A stretch of 64,000 bases of DNA. It comes from Candidatus Dojkabacteria bacterium (lineage in GTDB: Bacteria; Patescibacteriota; Dojkabacteria; JAOAGR01). The notes below the pieces were generated by a model. The model was not told the DNA's origin. It searched no databases and was given only the letters and a program-made list of their open reading frames with translations. Positions 50,455-60,963 of this stretch are shown in pieces. Each line of letters starts with the position of its first letter. Positions within the stretch are counted from its first letter, which is position 1. The position numbers were made by a program, and so were the translations under genes. The stretch covers positions 227,996 through 291,995 of the forward strand of contig AP026679.1 of NCBI GenBank assembly GCA_025999155.1, written 5' to 3'.

Positions 50455-50797
50455 GATTGACTACCACATAAGCCGGATTCTGTTTATGTGGTCATTTATC
50501 TACTCTCCCCACCAAAACTTGGGATTTCTTCGAATGGAGGTTGCCTGTATCTAACCATTACTGGCCAGATATGTGTGCTCTTACCACACATTTTCACCCT
50601 CACCACACATACCGTGTGGCAATATGTCTCTGTGGCCCTATTCGTAAAGTCACATCTACCCGACTTAATCTAGCAGAATTAGATCTACTAGACACCATCG
50701 GCATTCTTCCCCACTTAAGGGGCGAAGTCCGGACTTTCCTCCCATTTGTCTATTGTTTTAGATAATAGATTAATGGGCGACCACTTGTGGTAGTCTC
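50455..50797 (-). ncRNA. rnpB: RNase P RNA (bacterial type A)
   Basis: The minus strand carries GGGAGGAAAGUCCGGACUUCGCC (P4 5' strand), AGGGUGAAAAUGUGUGGUAAGAGCACACA (P10/11-12 region), ACAGAAUCCGGCUUA (P4 3' strand) and a P1 stem GACUACCACA/UGUGGUAGUC. The track ORFs 50488-50673 and 50541-50765 lie on top of it and are spurious. Confidence 0.85.
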
Positions 50798-50867
50798 AAT
50801 AATTATAAGCTCTTATGAAAAGATGTAAATATCATTACCTCAAAACAATTTACAAGACTATGAGTGT

Positions 50868-51560
50868 TTGTTAGAATGTTTCATGCAGTTCAAGGTAATA
50901 GGAGATAATATGCAGGCTCTGCTTTTCTCCTTATCTCAAGGAGATCAATTATACGCGCAATCCGGTACTCTTCTGTATTATCGAGGAGACATCACACTCA
51001 ATGCAAAGACACACGGAGGTATTTTGAAATCAATAGGCCGGTCATTTTTTACCGGTGAACGTCTATTAATGTCACTCTTCACCTGTCATTCAGCCGGTGA
51101 AGTAGCACTAGCGGCACCCTATCCGGGCAAAATTATCCATATACCGTTACAGGGGCAAGAATTTATCGCAAGCAAAGGATCTTATTTGTGTTCCATTGGT
51201 CAAATAGATATAGGTATAACTTTTCTTAAAAAACTGGGTTTCGGACTATTTGGTGGACAAGGTTTTATATTACAAAAAATCAGCGGCTATGGAGATGTAT
51301 TTTTACACTCAGGCGGAAATTTCGTAGAGGTTAATCTAATACCTGGTGAAGTACTGATGCTAGATACCGGATCTCTCGTAATGATGGAAACTAGTATAGA
51401 CTACAATATTCAGTTTGTAGGAAGTATTAAAAATGCCATTTTCGGAGGAGAAGGACTTTTCTTAGCCAGACTTACCGGGCCCGGTAAAGTTATCGTACAA
51501 ACTTTATCATTCCAGCATTTGGCACAGCAAATCGCCCTTAAGACATATCTTCGTACCTAA
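50868..51560 (+). CDS. AIM24/TIGR00266-family protein
   Basis: 230 aa with repeated Gly-rich beta motifs (GGQGFILQKISGYGDVFLHSGGNFVEV...). The exact start is uncertain. Confidence 0.55.
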   Translation: MLECFMQFKVIGDNMQALLFSLSQGDQLYAQSGTLLYYRGDITLNAKTHGGILKSIGRSFFTGERLLMSLFTCHSAGEVALAAPYPGKIIHIPLQGQEFIASKGSYLCSIGQIDIGITFLKKLGFGLFGGQGFILQKISGYGDVFLHSGGNFVEVNLIPGEVLMLDTGSLVMMETSIDYNIQFVGSIKNAIFGGEGLFLARLTGPGKVIVQTLSFQHLAQQIALKTYLRT

Positions 51561-51990
51561 CGTCGTAATAGAAATTTGGCAATCCTATACCCAGCTAATG
51601 AAGTAAAGTAAAATTGAAGATCTCTAGAGTCAGGTAGTTATCACCCTATGTCTGGCTCGGTATATGTATTAATACAACAGCTAGCTGGATTTGGAAATAC
51701 TCGCTTTTCCGGCTTTTTGATTCTTGATATACGAGTTATACAGTCTGCAAGTATCACCTGTCCATTGAAATTACTCATTCACTTCCACACTATTTAAAGC
51801 TATATTTTTTCATACAAAGATAAATATCAGAATAATAAAGATTCACACATCACTGACATGAATAAATCACTCAAATGATTTCAAGAACGCTTTAAATATC
51901 TACATTAATCAAATTAGAAACTTCACTAGAATTTTTGTAAAGTCATATTGACAAATATAGAATCTATATGTAGAGTATGCGGTCGAGCTT

Positions 51991-52509
51991 ATGATACTAA
52001 CAGCCTCAGCCATAAAAGATGCTATTCAGAAAGGTGAGATTATTATCGACCCTTTCGATGAAATTCGTCTAAACCCTAATTCATACAATCTTAGACTACA
52101 TAATGAACTGTATATTGTCCAAGACGACTGTCTTGATCTTAAAAAACCTTGTGAATATTCCGTTCTAACTATTCCCGAAGAAGGTTTGATATTGAATCCA
52201 GGGCGTCTTTACCTCGGTCGTACGGTAGAACATACCACAATAAAAACCTATGTGCCTATCATAACGGGACGCTCAAGTATAGGAAGACTTGGTATATTTA
52301 TTCATGCAACAGCTGGATTCGGAGATGTGGGTTTTTCGGGCTTCTGGACACTTGAGATATCCGTTATACAACCAGTACGTATCTATCCGTTCATAGAAAT
52401 TGCTCAGATTTATTTTCATACTGTTCAAGGTGAAATAATACCATACAAAGGCAAGTATCAGAACAATAAAGGAATACAAATCAGTAAAATTTCTCAAGAA
52501 TTAAAATAA
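51991..52509 (+). CDS. dcd: dCTP deaminase (dUTPase superfamily)
   Basis: MILTASAIKDAIQKGEIIIDPF...GRSSIGRLGIFIH has the Dcd signature. Length is 172 aa. Confidence 0.8.
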   Translation: MILTASAIKDAIQKGEIIIDPFDEIRLNPNSYNLRLHNELYIVQDDCLDLKKPCEYSVLTIPEEGLILNPGRLYLGRTVEHTTIKTYVPIITGRSSIGRLGIFIHATAGFGDVGFSGFWTLEISVIQPVRIYPFIEIAQIYFHTVQGEIIPYKGKYQNNKGIQISKISQELK

Positions 52510-52661
52510 TTTAGATAGTGTTCTAGTACCGATACTAGGCAGAGAGATATTCGTAATTGGCTGGCACGTAATATTGTTGGTATTTTAATACTCCGGTTGC
52601 ACCTAGGCAATTGTAAAGACCAGCACATAGAAACTATATAGAATCTCATTCTCGAATGCTC

Positions 52662-53234
52662 TTATAGTTGACCAGGATATGCTTTTTTGATGAACACTTC
52701 AGTTATAAATAACAATACAAAAAATATAATAATATAAAATATAAACGGAATAGGTTCTGGAAACGTGTCGACCCCGTATCGAGCCCATGCATAACCATAT
52801 TCGTTCAACAAAATTAAGGGGATTTGCCAAATACAACCACCTGCAATTTGCCCTAGCGCTCCAATCAAAGTCACAATTAATATCAAAATATTAATATCCA
52901 ACACAAACCTTGGATACCTAGATAAATTTAAAATTGTCGGTAATTTGTCCTCAGAAAATACAATATTCAAAGTCCCAATAATAAGCAGGACAGGTACATA
53001 ATACCAGAACATCGGTATCAAAACCGACTCGTGAAAAAACTCATACGAAAATAGCCAGGAATAATTAGTCTTAAACTTAATAAATAATATTGAACCCGTA
53101 GTGAAAGCGAGAAGAGTAAGGAAATAGAATCGAAAACGTTTTCGAATTAATTTGACAAGAAGCACGATTACCAAACTCAAATACAAAGACAAAAAGCGAA
53201 TGCGTGCAATCATGCTTTTTCTTTTGTTATTCAC
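52662..53234 (-). CDS. polytopic membrane protein, hypothetical
   Basis: 5-6 TM helices. No motif. Confidence 0.45.
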   Translation of the reverse strand: MNNKRKSMIARIRFLSLYLSLVIVLLVKLIRKRFRFYFLTLLAFTTGSILFIKFKTNYSWLFSYEFFHESVLIPMFWYYVPVLLIIGTLNIVFSEDKLPTILNLSRYPRFVLDINILILIVTLIGALGQIAGGCIWQIPLILLNEYGYAWARYGVDTFPEPIPFIFYIIIFFVLLFITEVFIKKAYPGQL

Positions 53235-54486
53235 CTTCCCCTGAAGATTTAACGTTTGCTTTTGCTAATACACTAGTAATATCAAGTGAAACCCTAGGCT
53301 TTCGGACTTTGGGTTTTTTACTCTTCAGTGACGATTTCTTGTATTTAGCTTTAGGTTCTTGAAGTCTTTTTATACTTAATCCTATTTTTCTTTCGTTTGG
53401 TGAAATTGTTAATATCACAGCATCTATTTCATCGCCCACTTTGTAATAATCTCTTGGATCACCTATTTTCGGATCACTGAACTCACTTTTATGTACAAGA
53501 CCTGTTATCCCCTCACCTATCTTTACAATCAGACCGTAATCCTCTACCTCCGTTATAACACCTTTAACCCTGTTACCTACTTTCAATTCTGAAGACCTCT
53601 CAAGCCAGGGATCTTCTGTTAGCTGCTTCATACTATAAGCGACTCTCTTGCCATCGTCGCTGATATCGATTAGTTTAACTTTAACTTGATCCCCAACGAC
53701 TGCATAATCTGCAGGATTTTCAACTTTGTCCCATGAGATTTCTGAGACATGAACCAAACCATCTAATCCATTAGCATTGACAAAAATACCGTAAGTTGTA
53801 ACTGCCGTTACAGTACCCTCTAACACATCTCCTACTTTGACACTCTTCAGTATTTGTTGCCTTTGTTCTGCACCTTGATCAGTTAAAGCCAACCTTTCAG
53901 AAAAAATGATCTTAGACTTCTCTCTATCAATCTCCATTATTTTTACTTTTATCCTTGTACCAACTAGATCAGTTAATCGACGAGTTACCTCCCTTTGAAC
54001 TTCGTCTTTTGGTGCTGATTTATCCACATCCAATTTGTATACTCTATTAGGATCCAAAAGGGATGTGGGTATAAATCCCAAGACGCCGTCAATGCCAACG
54101 ATAAGACCCCCACTATTGACTTCAATTACATTTACTACAACGGACTGATCAGTTTTATAAGCCTCTTCAAGCAACTCCCACCTTTGTGCAGAAGTAGTAC
54201 GCTTTTGAGAAGCTATCATCAATCCATACTCATCTTCCTGTTTTACGACAAAAACTCTTATTTTATCCCCTACCCTCAATTCTTTTACTTCAGTCTCCAT
54301 CTCCGACTTAGGTACAACGGCATCAAATACTCCGTCTATTTTTACAATAATGTACGAAGGGGTGATTTTTAGTATTTCTCCTTCCGCTACACTACCTTTT
54401 TGATAACTTTTAACATGTGTATTTGCAAGACTTGTATCTATAAGTTTATATAAATTTGATTTAGTTTGGCCTACCATATGAAACAA
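53227..54486 (-). CDS. rpsA: 30S ribosomal protein S1 (four S1 domains, Lys-rich tail)
   Basis: Four consecutive OB-fold S1 repeats of the form GxV.G.V..i...G.FV.i. Confidence 0.7.
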   Translation of the reverse strand: MFHMVGQTKSNLYKLIDTSLANTHVKSYQKGSVAEGEILKITPSYIIVKIDGVFDAVVPKSEMETEVKELRVGDKIRVFVVKQEDEYGLMIASQKRTTSAQRWELLEEAYKTDQSVVVNVIEVNSGGLIVGIDGVLGFIPTSLLDPNRVYKLDVDKSAPKDEVQREVTRRLTDLVGTRIKVKIMEIDREKSKIIFSERLALTDQGAEQRQQILKSVKVGDVLEGTVTAVTTYGIFVNANGLDGLVHVSEISWDKVENPADYAVVGDQVKVKLIDISDDGKRVAYSMKQLTEDPWLERSSELKVGNRVKGVITEVEDYGLIVKIGEGITGLVHKSEFSDPKIGDPRDYYKVGDEIDAVILTISPNERKIGLSIKRLQEPKAKYKKSSLKSKKPKVRKPRVSLDITSVLAKANVKSSGEGE

Positions 54487-54582
54487 ATTTCCTTTCCTCT
54501 TTATTATTATGCCAGAAAAAAAGTTTCATGTCATGTACATGTCATGTATAGGAATTAACACGAATATAAAAATAGATAGTCT

Positions 54583-55095
54583 TTAAGATAGAAAGTACCG
54601 AATGAGAAATAGCAAACCGATCATTTCAAAATATGCCAAAACAAAAAAATGAAAAAAAGACATCTGCAGAAGATGGGATAAACGCCTACACGCTCTCAAA
54701 TTAAGAAGGATTGTAGACAAAGCGATGAAAATATGCAAAATAGTAGGTAGATAAAGCCACTCTTTTGATATGAGCATGTCATAGTTTTCATCCATATCGA
54801 CATTGAGCCCGATTGTTTTGGGTAAATGTACAAAGTAAACCGAGACTATGCTGTAAAGGACAAAGGCAATAAATGTATGTAGAAATATCAAGTTCCACAT
54901 AGAAACATCTTTATAAAAACCAGTGACTTTTAGCTCTTCCAAGAAAAAGAAAAGCTTCTTTTTTAAGTTCCTAGAAACTATACTCAGTGTTGACTCCACT
55001 TGAAACCCTATTTGTAGGGGATAGACAACATCATCCTTTTTATGTACAAATTTACGCACAGAAGCTTTGTTTTTAATATCATTAAGCCTGATCAA
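54583..55095 (-). CDS. membrane protein, hypothetical
   Basis: 4 TM helices. An upstream heptanucleotide microsatellite lies in its putative promoter region. Confidence 0.45.
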   Translation of the reverse strand: MIRLNDIKNKASVRKFVHKKDDVVYPLQIGFQVESTLSIVSRNLKKKLFFFLEELKVTGFYKDVSMWNLIFLHTFIAFVLYSIVSVYFVHLPKTIGLNVDMDENYDMLISKEWLYLPTILHIFIALSTILLNLRACRRLSHLLQMSFFHFFVLAYFEMIGLLFLIRYFLS

Positions 55096-55147
55096 CGGAG
55101 TCCTTGTAATAAAGTATATGAAAGTTCATAACAATTACGAAGTCTAA

Positions 55148-55180
55148 TACTTAGTACTTAGTACTTAGTACTTAGTACTA
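55148..55180. repeat. (TACTTAG)4 heptanucleotide microsatellite plus partial unit
   Basis: tacttag is read four times in tandem followed by tacta. It lies between the htrA stop (55194) and the start of the 54583..55095 gene. Confidence 0.9.
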
Positions 55181-55193
55181 ATTACTCACACTT

Positions 55194-56513
55194 CTAATTA
55201 TCCTTCTTTCCTACGGTAATCTCTAGCGTCAAATATCTACCGTCTTCTAATTTACCATTCTCCGGAATTCTATACACCTCGACCGTAGTTTTCTGACCCG
55301 GTTCAAAATACAAGGTCAACGTAGAAGCAAGCGAAAAATCTATTTTATAACCACCAAGTTTCGTAATTATATCCCCTGGCCTAATATCTGCCTTAGCAGC
55401 AGGACTACTAGGCATCACTCTTACTACGTAAGCCCCAACAGGAAGACCGTAGGCAGAAGCAACAGAAGAATCTATCATACGATGGACGATTCCTAAGTAG
55501 GGTGAAATAATCTTATTATTATTCTTCAAATATCTATCCAAAATACGTAGTACTGTGGTATGAGGTATAGCATAACCGATATTATTAGCTACTAATATTC
55601 CCGCTGAGTTAACACCGATCACTTCACCATTCATATTTAACAAAGGACCCCCAGAATTACCACTATTTATCGCAGCATCAGTTTGAATCAAGCCTTCATA
55701 AGAATATCTTATTAATTGACCGTCTGTACCACACCTGCTTCCAGCTACGATATCTCTACCGATACCCGATATAATTCCGCGAGTGACCGACCCAGGATTA
55801 GCACCGAAAGGATTACCTATCGCAATTACTTCCTGACCAACGACAACACGAGCATCAGGATGAGCAAATTTCAAATAGGGAAATTTATTACCATTATTAT
55901 TTACACGTAAAATAGCAATATCCTGAGATGGCTCAACCTCGACTGAAGATACAGAATAAGTCTTATCCTCGTTAGTCAAGACAATTATATCTCTTGCTGA
56001 GGCACCACAAACTACATGCTGATTGGTAATTAATAAACCATCTTCAGAAATAAAAAAACCTGTCCCGCCACTTACGGTCTCCCGAGATTCTGGGTTAGTA
56101 TATTCACCTAAAGAAACATCAGGATCTTTAACAACTATAGTAACCACAGCAGGAGAAGAATTGCGTATCAGATCAAGAATCCTTCCTTCCGGTTGATATA
56201 TAGAAGAGGAACAAAACCTATTATCATTAATAACGACTTTGCCTGCGCTATCTTTTAAATTATCTTGATTCTGAGTTGAATTGGACGAAGAACTCTGTTG
56301 GGATCGATAATAATTGAAATACAGTACTGACCCCCCCACCAACAGCGACACAATAACTAATGTTACACATGAAACAAACAAAAGAAAGAATAATTTTCTT
56401 CCTTTTAATGAATGATACTGCCCATGAGGCGATGGGTACACAGATCCAACAACGCCTTGAACATTCAACTGTTGTTGATTATTTGAATCGGTATTAGGTC
56501 CCACGGAATGCAT
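55194..56513 (-). CDS. htrA: HtrA/DegP-family serine protease with PDZ domain, membrane-anchored
   Basis: The catalytic triad context includes GNSGGPLLNMNGEVIGVNSA. It has one C-terminal PDZ domain and an N-terminal TM helix. Confidence 0.85.
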   Translation of the reverse strand: MHSVGPNTDSNNQQQLNVQGVVGSVYPSPHGQYHSLKGRKLFFLLFVSCVTLVIVSLLVGGSVLYFNYYRSQQSSSSNSTQNQDNLKDSAGKVVINDNRFCSSSIYQPEGRILDLIRNSSPAVVTIVVKDPDVSLGEYTNPESRETVSGGTGFFISEDGLLITNQHVVCGASARDIIVLTNEDKTYSVSSVEVEPSQDIAILRVNNNGNKFPYLKFAHPDARVVVGQEVIAIGNPFGANPGSVTRGIISGIGRDIVAGSRCGTDGQLIRYSYEGLIQTDAAINSGNSGGPLLNMNGEVIGVNSAGILVANNIGYAIPHTTVLRILDRYLKNNNKIISPYLGIVHRMIDSSVASAYGLPVGAYVVRVMPSSPAAKADIRPGDIITKLGGYKIDFSLASTLTLYFEPGQKTTVEVYRIPENGKLEDGRYLTLEITVGKKDN

Positions 56514-56574
56514 AAATATATATTAGACACAAGCAAGATAAGTTGTCAATCTCTTCGCATCATACTTTATTCAA

Positions 56575-57924
56575 CTATTGATTTTGCAATTCTTGTATGG
56601 CTGCCTCGATCTGATTATCAATGCCCTCTCTATAACTCTGCGGATCAAACTCGATGACCTTATCTGGCTGAATCGGGTTATCTCTTTCTAATCTCTTACC
56701 ATCCGGAAGCAACCAATATTCAATGGTAAGCTTTAAAGCTCCTAAGTTATTTGGTATTTCATAGACTGATTGTACAGTACCCTTCCCGTATGTTTTGACT
56801 CCTAAAAGTTTGTATCCTTTGTGAAATCTTAATGCGCCAGCTAAAATCTCGGAAGCAGACGCAGTACCTCCATTAATTAAAATCACAACATTTTTATCTT
56901 TTAACCGTGGATATCTCTGCTTTGTAGTAACCTTAATCTGACCATTATCTCTTGTCCGTGCCATTAAAACTAACTGTCCTGGCTCTATGAAATCGCCTGC
57001 AGCATGTATGGCAGCATCTAAATAACCCCCCCCATTACCACGTAAGTCTATTATTATATTTCTATAACCTTTACTATTAATTTCCTGTACTATTAAATCC
57101 CACTTTCTAGTCCATGTCTGCAGATCAGAATCTGTAAAACGATATATTTGAAGAACAACTGTATCTTGACCACGTTCCTCCAACCTTAAACTTTCTACTT
57201 TGATAGCAGACCTGACAATTTCTTTATCAATAGTCATTCTCGATACTGGATCAAAAAATTTGATTTTAACAGTAGTCCCAGCTGGTCCTCTTACTCTCGT
57301 AACTAAATCTTCAAGAGTATCTGATTCGACACTGACACCATCTACCTCTAAAAATACATAACCGTTCCTAACTCCGGCTTTGCTTGCTGGCGAATCAGGC
57401 AACACATCATTGACTACTATACGGTTCTCATAATAAGCCAATCGAACACCAATACCTTCAAAGCGGCCTTCCATACCTTCTTTATATCTCCGATAGTCCT
57501 CAGATGTCATATATACAGAATTTTGATCGCCAAGACCTGCTACTAGACCTTTTAGAGAATGTTCGAATAATTTCTTTTCATCGATGCTTTCAGGATCAAC
57601 ATACTTACTTTTAATATTAGCTACAATCTGCTTATATAAATCGAAGTCATAATATCGCAAATCAATTAGACTCTTTAACTGATCATCAGTATAAATTTCA
57701 AAAGCCGATGGATAATCTGAACTCGTTTGTCGGTTTGACACAAAATCGACGATACGATCTCCAAACTGAGACCGACCAACTACAAATCCAGAAGTGACTG
57801 ATATACATATAACTAAAATAATAGAAATGATGAAATTTAATCTATTGGGAATTGATTCGGACTTGAATAGATCCGGATAAGATATAGCATCTGATAAATT
57901 GTCATGATCTGTTCGGACACGCAT
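56575..57924 (-). CDS. ctpA: C-terminal processing (S41) peptidase with PDZ domain
   Basis: IIIDLRGNGGGYLDAAIHAAGDFI is the S41 Ser/Lys dyad region. N-terminal TM helix. Confidence 0.85.
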   Translation of the reverse strand: MRVRTDHDNLSDAISYPDLFKSESIPNRLNFIISIILVICISVTSGFVVGRSQFGDRIVDFVSNRQTSSDYPSAFEIYTDDQLKSLIDLRYYDFDLYKQIVANIKSKYVDPESIDEKKLFEHSLKGLVAGLGDQNSVYMTSEDYRRYKEGMEGRFEGIGVRLAYYENRIVVNDVLPDSPASKAGVRNGYVFLEVDGVSVESDTLEDLVTRVRGPAGTTVKIKFFDPVSRMTIDKEIVRSAIKVESLRLEERGQDTVVLQIYRFTDSDLQTWTRKWDLIVQEINSKGYRNIIIDLRGNGGGYLDAAIHAAGDFIEPGQLVLMARTRDNGQIKVTTKQRYPRLKDKNVVILINGGTASASEILAGALRFHKGYKLLGVKTYGKGTVQSVYEIPNNLGALKLTIEYWLLPDGKRLERDNPIQPDKVIEFDPQSYREGIDNQIEAAIQELQNQ

Positions 57925-58009
57925 ATGAGCTAATGATATTATAATTCTGAATCGATATCAATCAAAAATAATGTGAATATTTAGTAAAAATAATGAGAAT
58001 ATTGAATCA

Positions 58010-58915
58010 TCAATCTAGTTCTACATTTTTTTTATACACATTCATCTCTTCACCGTTTTTTCTGAAAAGCATGCGCACGTGATCTTTTTCATCTAGTTCT
58101 CCATTAAGACCCCAAAAAGGATGCTCAAAGACACAGCCTGACAATCGCTTAATGTTATCGGAAAAATACAATCGCTTCTTTCCCCAAAACACATCATAAT
58201 AATTCTCACTTAGAAATACGATTTTCTTAGCTAATATCTCGCCAAAGCCAGATAAAACCGCAAAACCATCTAATTTATTCAGTTCAGCAATGAAGGCATT
58301 GAAATCGTTAATAAAAATTCCATTTACAATAATTCTACGCGCACCAAAAGCTACCATTTTTGCTAAATCATCAACATAAACATTATCATCTACAAAATAG
58401 GTATTATCTAAAGCAGGAAAAGTGAATTTCTCTTGCTTTATCTCTTCTTTATCCTTTAAATAAACATTAGTACTTAATACATTACGACGGCTAAAATAAA
58501 CAGCCGGAATCAATGAGGTTGCATAAGTTCTTATAAAAATACTCTCTTTAGGTATATATTGCACTACACGACCATTAATATTTATTTTGCGCCGCACAAC
58601 ACGTTTATGACCAAGTATCCTACAGTGGTTATCAGTAATATCGACGATCCCTGCAAAATCAGCAATCATCATTTTTTGTCCTAATAATCCTTCCGTGAAA
58701 ACAATATCACCACGATTTACATATTGACCATTTACAACATGAAAACGTAGCTTTCGGGACTTATCAATTTCTATGTCTTCCAGGACTTCGGCTTCTTCTA
58801 ATTCATAAATCGTATAATTTTTCGTTATATCACCAATCCTACCAAAGAATTGGGCGTTTTTTGGGAGCGGAATACGAATTGTTAACTTTACTTTGCCTTT
58901 CATTTTATAAACCAA
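58010..58915 (-). CDS. hypothetical protein, 301 aa (paralog of the adjacent gene?)
   Basis: An N-terminal beta-rich, barrel-like segment. A short shared block QEKFTF is also in the neighbouring gene. No known motif. Confidence 0.45.
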   Translation of the reverse strand: MVYKMKGKVKLTIRIPLPKNAQFFGRIGDITKNYTIYELEEAEVLEDIEIDKSRKLRFHVVNGQYVNRGDIVFTEGLLGQKMMIADFAGIVDITDNHCRILGHKRVVRRKININGRVVQYIPKESIFIRTYATSLIPAVYFSRRNVLSTNVYLKDKEEIKQEKFTFPALDNTYFVDDNVYVDDLAKMVAFGARRIIVNGIFINDFNAFIAELNKLDGFAVLSGFGEILAKKIVFLSENYYDVFWGKKRLYFSDNIKRLSGCVFEHPFWGLNGELDEKDHVRMLFRKNGEEMNVYKKNVELD

Positions 58916-59805
58916 TCTTGTATATCGCCGTTGTATATATACACGTTACCAGTGACCATTTTGCTGATCGAGCCTCCCTTAAAATACATCTCATAGTTAC
59001 TCTCCCCCAGTTCAAACATATAATTACTCACTGGAGGGATATCATATTGTACGTTGTTCGATGCATTTCTAAATATAATATTAAATCTCTTATTATAATC
59101 AGAGGTGTTGATGACTAGGTTATTATTCTTGAAGGTAAATTTTTCTTGAATGATATTTTCATGCTCAAGAAGTACTAGTATTTTGGCTAAATTATCCACT
59201 TTCGTCGTATATACAAACTGCCTTTCTGAAAAATGCAATGCGAGTGCAATATCCTCAATCTCTACATCTCCTAAAACACTTTCATCCCAAATTAGCCGTT
59301 TAATATCGAAATCTAGAAAATTTCGGATAAAACCGCTTAATATCCCGACTTTAGCGTACTTGATATGTTTATTATAGTCACTATATGAATAATCATTTCT
59401 GATAAAATCTGATAACAAAGCATTTAAAAAAAGATCTTGATCATCATTCACATAGGGTAAAATTTCATTGAGAACATTATGTTGAGAGATGTAACTAATA
59501 ATCTGTGAAGCACTCACATTACACCAGTACACCTGATCGGCAGAACAATACTCAAATATGATGTTATTGCGATCTTGTATAATGAGAATATCTCCGACAT
59601 CTAAGGGGAAAACCTTATAACCCGACCGAATATTTGATAGATCAAGAATATAATGAGTCTGGAAAGACGATCGTACTGATGGTAATATATTCTTCAACTC
59701 AATATTAACCCGTCCTTTTAAGATATCTACATCAAATACCTCGATGAAATCCTTATACTTAATTTGCACTGTATACTTCATCAGATTCAGTATATAAAAA
59801 TTCAA
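58900..59805 (-). CDS. hypothetical protein, 301 aa
   Basis: Same length as the downstream neighbour and overlaps it by 16 nt. No known motif. Confidence 0.45.
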   Translation of the reverse strand: MNFYILNLMKYTVQIKYKDFIEVFDVDILKGRVNIELKNILPSVRSSFQTHYILDLSNIRSGYKVFPLDVGDILIIQDRNNIIFEYCSADQVYWCNVSASQIISYISQHNVLNEILPYVNDDQDLFLNALLSDFIRNDYSYSDYNKHIKYAKVGILSGFIRNFLDFDIKRLIWDESVLGDVEIEDIALALHFSERQFVYTTKVDNLAKILVLLEHENIIQEKFTFKNNNLVINTSDYNKRFNIIFRNASNNVQYDIPPVSNYMFELGESNYEMYFKGGSISKMVTGNVYIYNGDIQDWFIK

Positions 59806-59921
59806 TGCAAATTACACCAACACACCCAAGGCAAAGTCAAGTGCGATAATGACAATTACTGCTGATCAAAATGGTACAGTAGGTAAGTAAAAGAGTACAT
59901 AACGCAAATAAGATAAACCTG

Positions 59922-60104
59922 TCAACGAGAAACGAAAGGCAAAAGAGCGAGAATTCTTGCCCTTTTCACAGCTTTGGTGAGCTTTCTTTGTAACTTAGCA
60001 CTGAAACCAGTCTTCGATCTAGGTAAAATCTTAGATCGTCTAGAAATGTAATTTTTGAGCAATTCCACGTTTTTATAATCAATATTCATCACGCTCATTC
60101 TCAA
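59922..60104 (-). CDS. rpsR: 30S ribosomal protein S18
   Basis: [39 protein letters not shown]. Confidence 0.9.
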   Translation of the reverse strand: MRMSVMNIDYKNVELLKNYISRRSKILPRSKTGFSAKLQRKLTKAVKRARILALLPFVSR

Positions 60105-60529
60105 ATACCTAACTCATTAGCTACAGCTTGTACAGCACCATCTGTGTCTTCATCCATAGCAGCACCGTCATGTTTGAAATCTTTCTGCCCTGCCTTACTA
60201 TCTATTACGAACACATTAGACACCCTGACCTCAGTCTTGCGCTTGACTTGTCCATCTTCATCTTGCCAAGTCCTCGTCCTTAATTCTCCTTCAACATAAA
60301 CCTTCATCCCTTTTTTCAATTTTTTTGCACAGAACTCCGCCAATTTTGACCACGCGACAAGACTATGAAAATTTGTTAGCTCCGCATATGTACCATCCGG
60401 TTTTTTATAACGACTGTTAGTAGCCAGACCAAAAGTACATATATGTGAACCCGAAGGCGTTGTACGAATCTCCGGATCTCTCGTTAGATTTCCTATTAGC
60501 AATACTTTATTAAGTGATTTAGAAGACAT
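60101..60529 (-). CDS. ssb: single-stranded DNA-binding protein
   Basis: OB fold [30 protein letters not shown]...[13 protein letters not shown] and an acidic tail. Confidence 0.9.
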   Translation of the reverse strand: MSSKSLNKVLLIGNLTRDPEIRTTPSGSHICTFGLATNSRYKKPDGTYAELTNFHSLVAWSKLAEFCAKKLKKGMKVYVEGELRTRTWQDEDGQVKRKTEVRVSNVFVIDSKAGQKDFKHDGAAMDEDTDGAVQAVANELGI

Positions 60530-60533
60530 AGTT

Positions 60534-60830
60534 TTATTCTGACTGTTTAATTAATAAAAACCTTAAAATATGTGAATTTGCTTTCAGCGACTTCTCGATG
60601 ATCTTTTTGATTATATCAGGAGTATTATCAAATTGATAGATCACATAGTAACCCTCTTTATGTCCTTTTATACTATATGCAAGTTGTCTTCTTCCCCACA
60701 CATCAATATTTGTAACTTTACCTTCATTAGTTTCTAGTATTTCAACTATTTTTGACTCCACCCCAAGCCGAACGTTATCAGGCAAGAGAGGCTTAATGAT
60801 TACCACTAGTTCATATCTTCGTTTTTGCAT
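60534..60830 (-). CDS. rpsF: 30S ribosomal protein S6
   Basis: RRYELVVIIKPLLPD...DVWGRRQLAYSIKGHKEGYYV. Confidence 0.9.
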   Translation of the reverse strand: MQKRRYELVVIIKPLLPDNVRLGVESKIVEILETNEGKVTNIDVWGRRQLAYSIKGHKEGYYVIYQFDNTPDIIKKIIEKSLKANSHILRFLLIKQSE

Positions 60831-60963
60831 ACGTACATATTATAAATTTAACTAAGCAATGTTGATAACAGCCTTTCTACTCAAATTCAATATTTAGACA
60901 ATCGTTTTATATCACACAATATCTATTTTCGCAAGTACAAGAGATGCACGTCCGTAAGTAGTA

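Noticed and set aside
50488-50765. ORFs 50488-50673 and 50541-50765
   Set aside because: They lie on top of an unambiguous RNase P RNA on the opposite strand.
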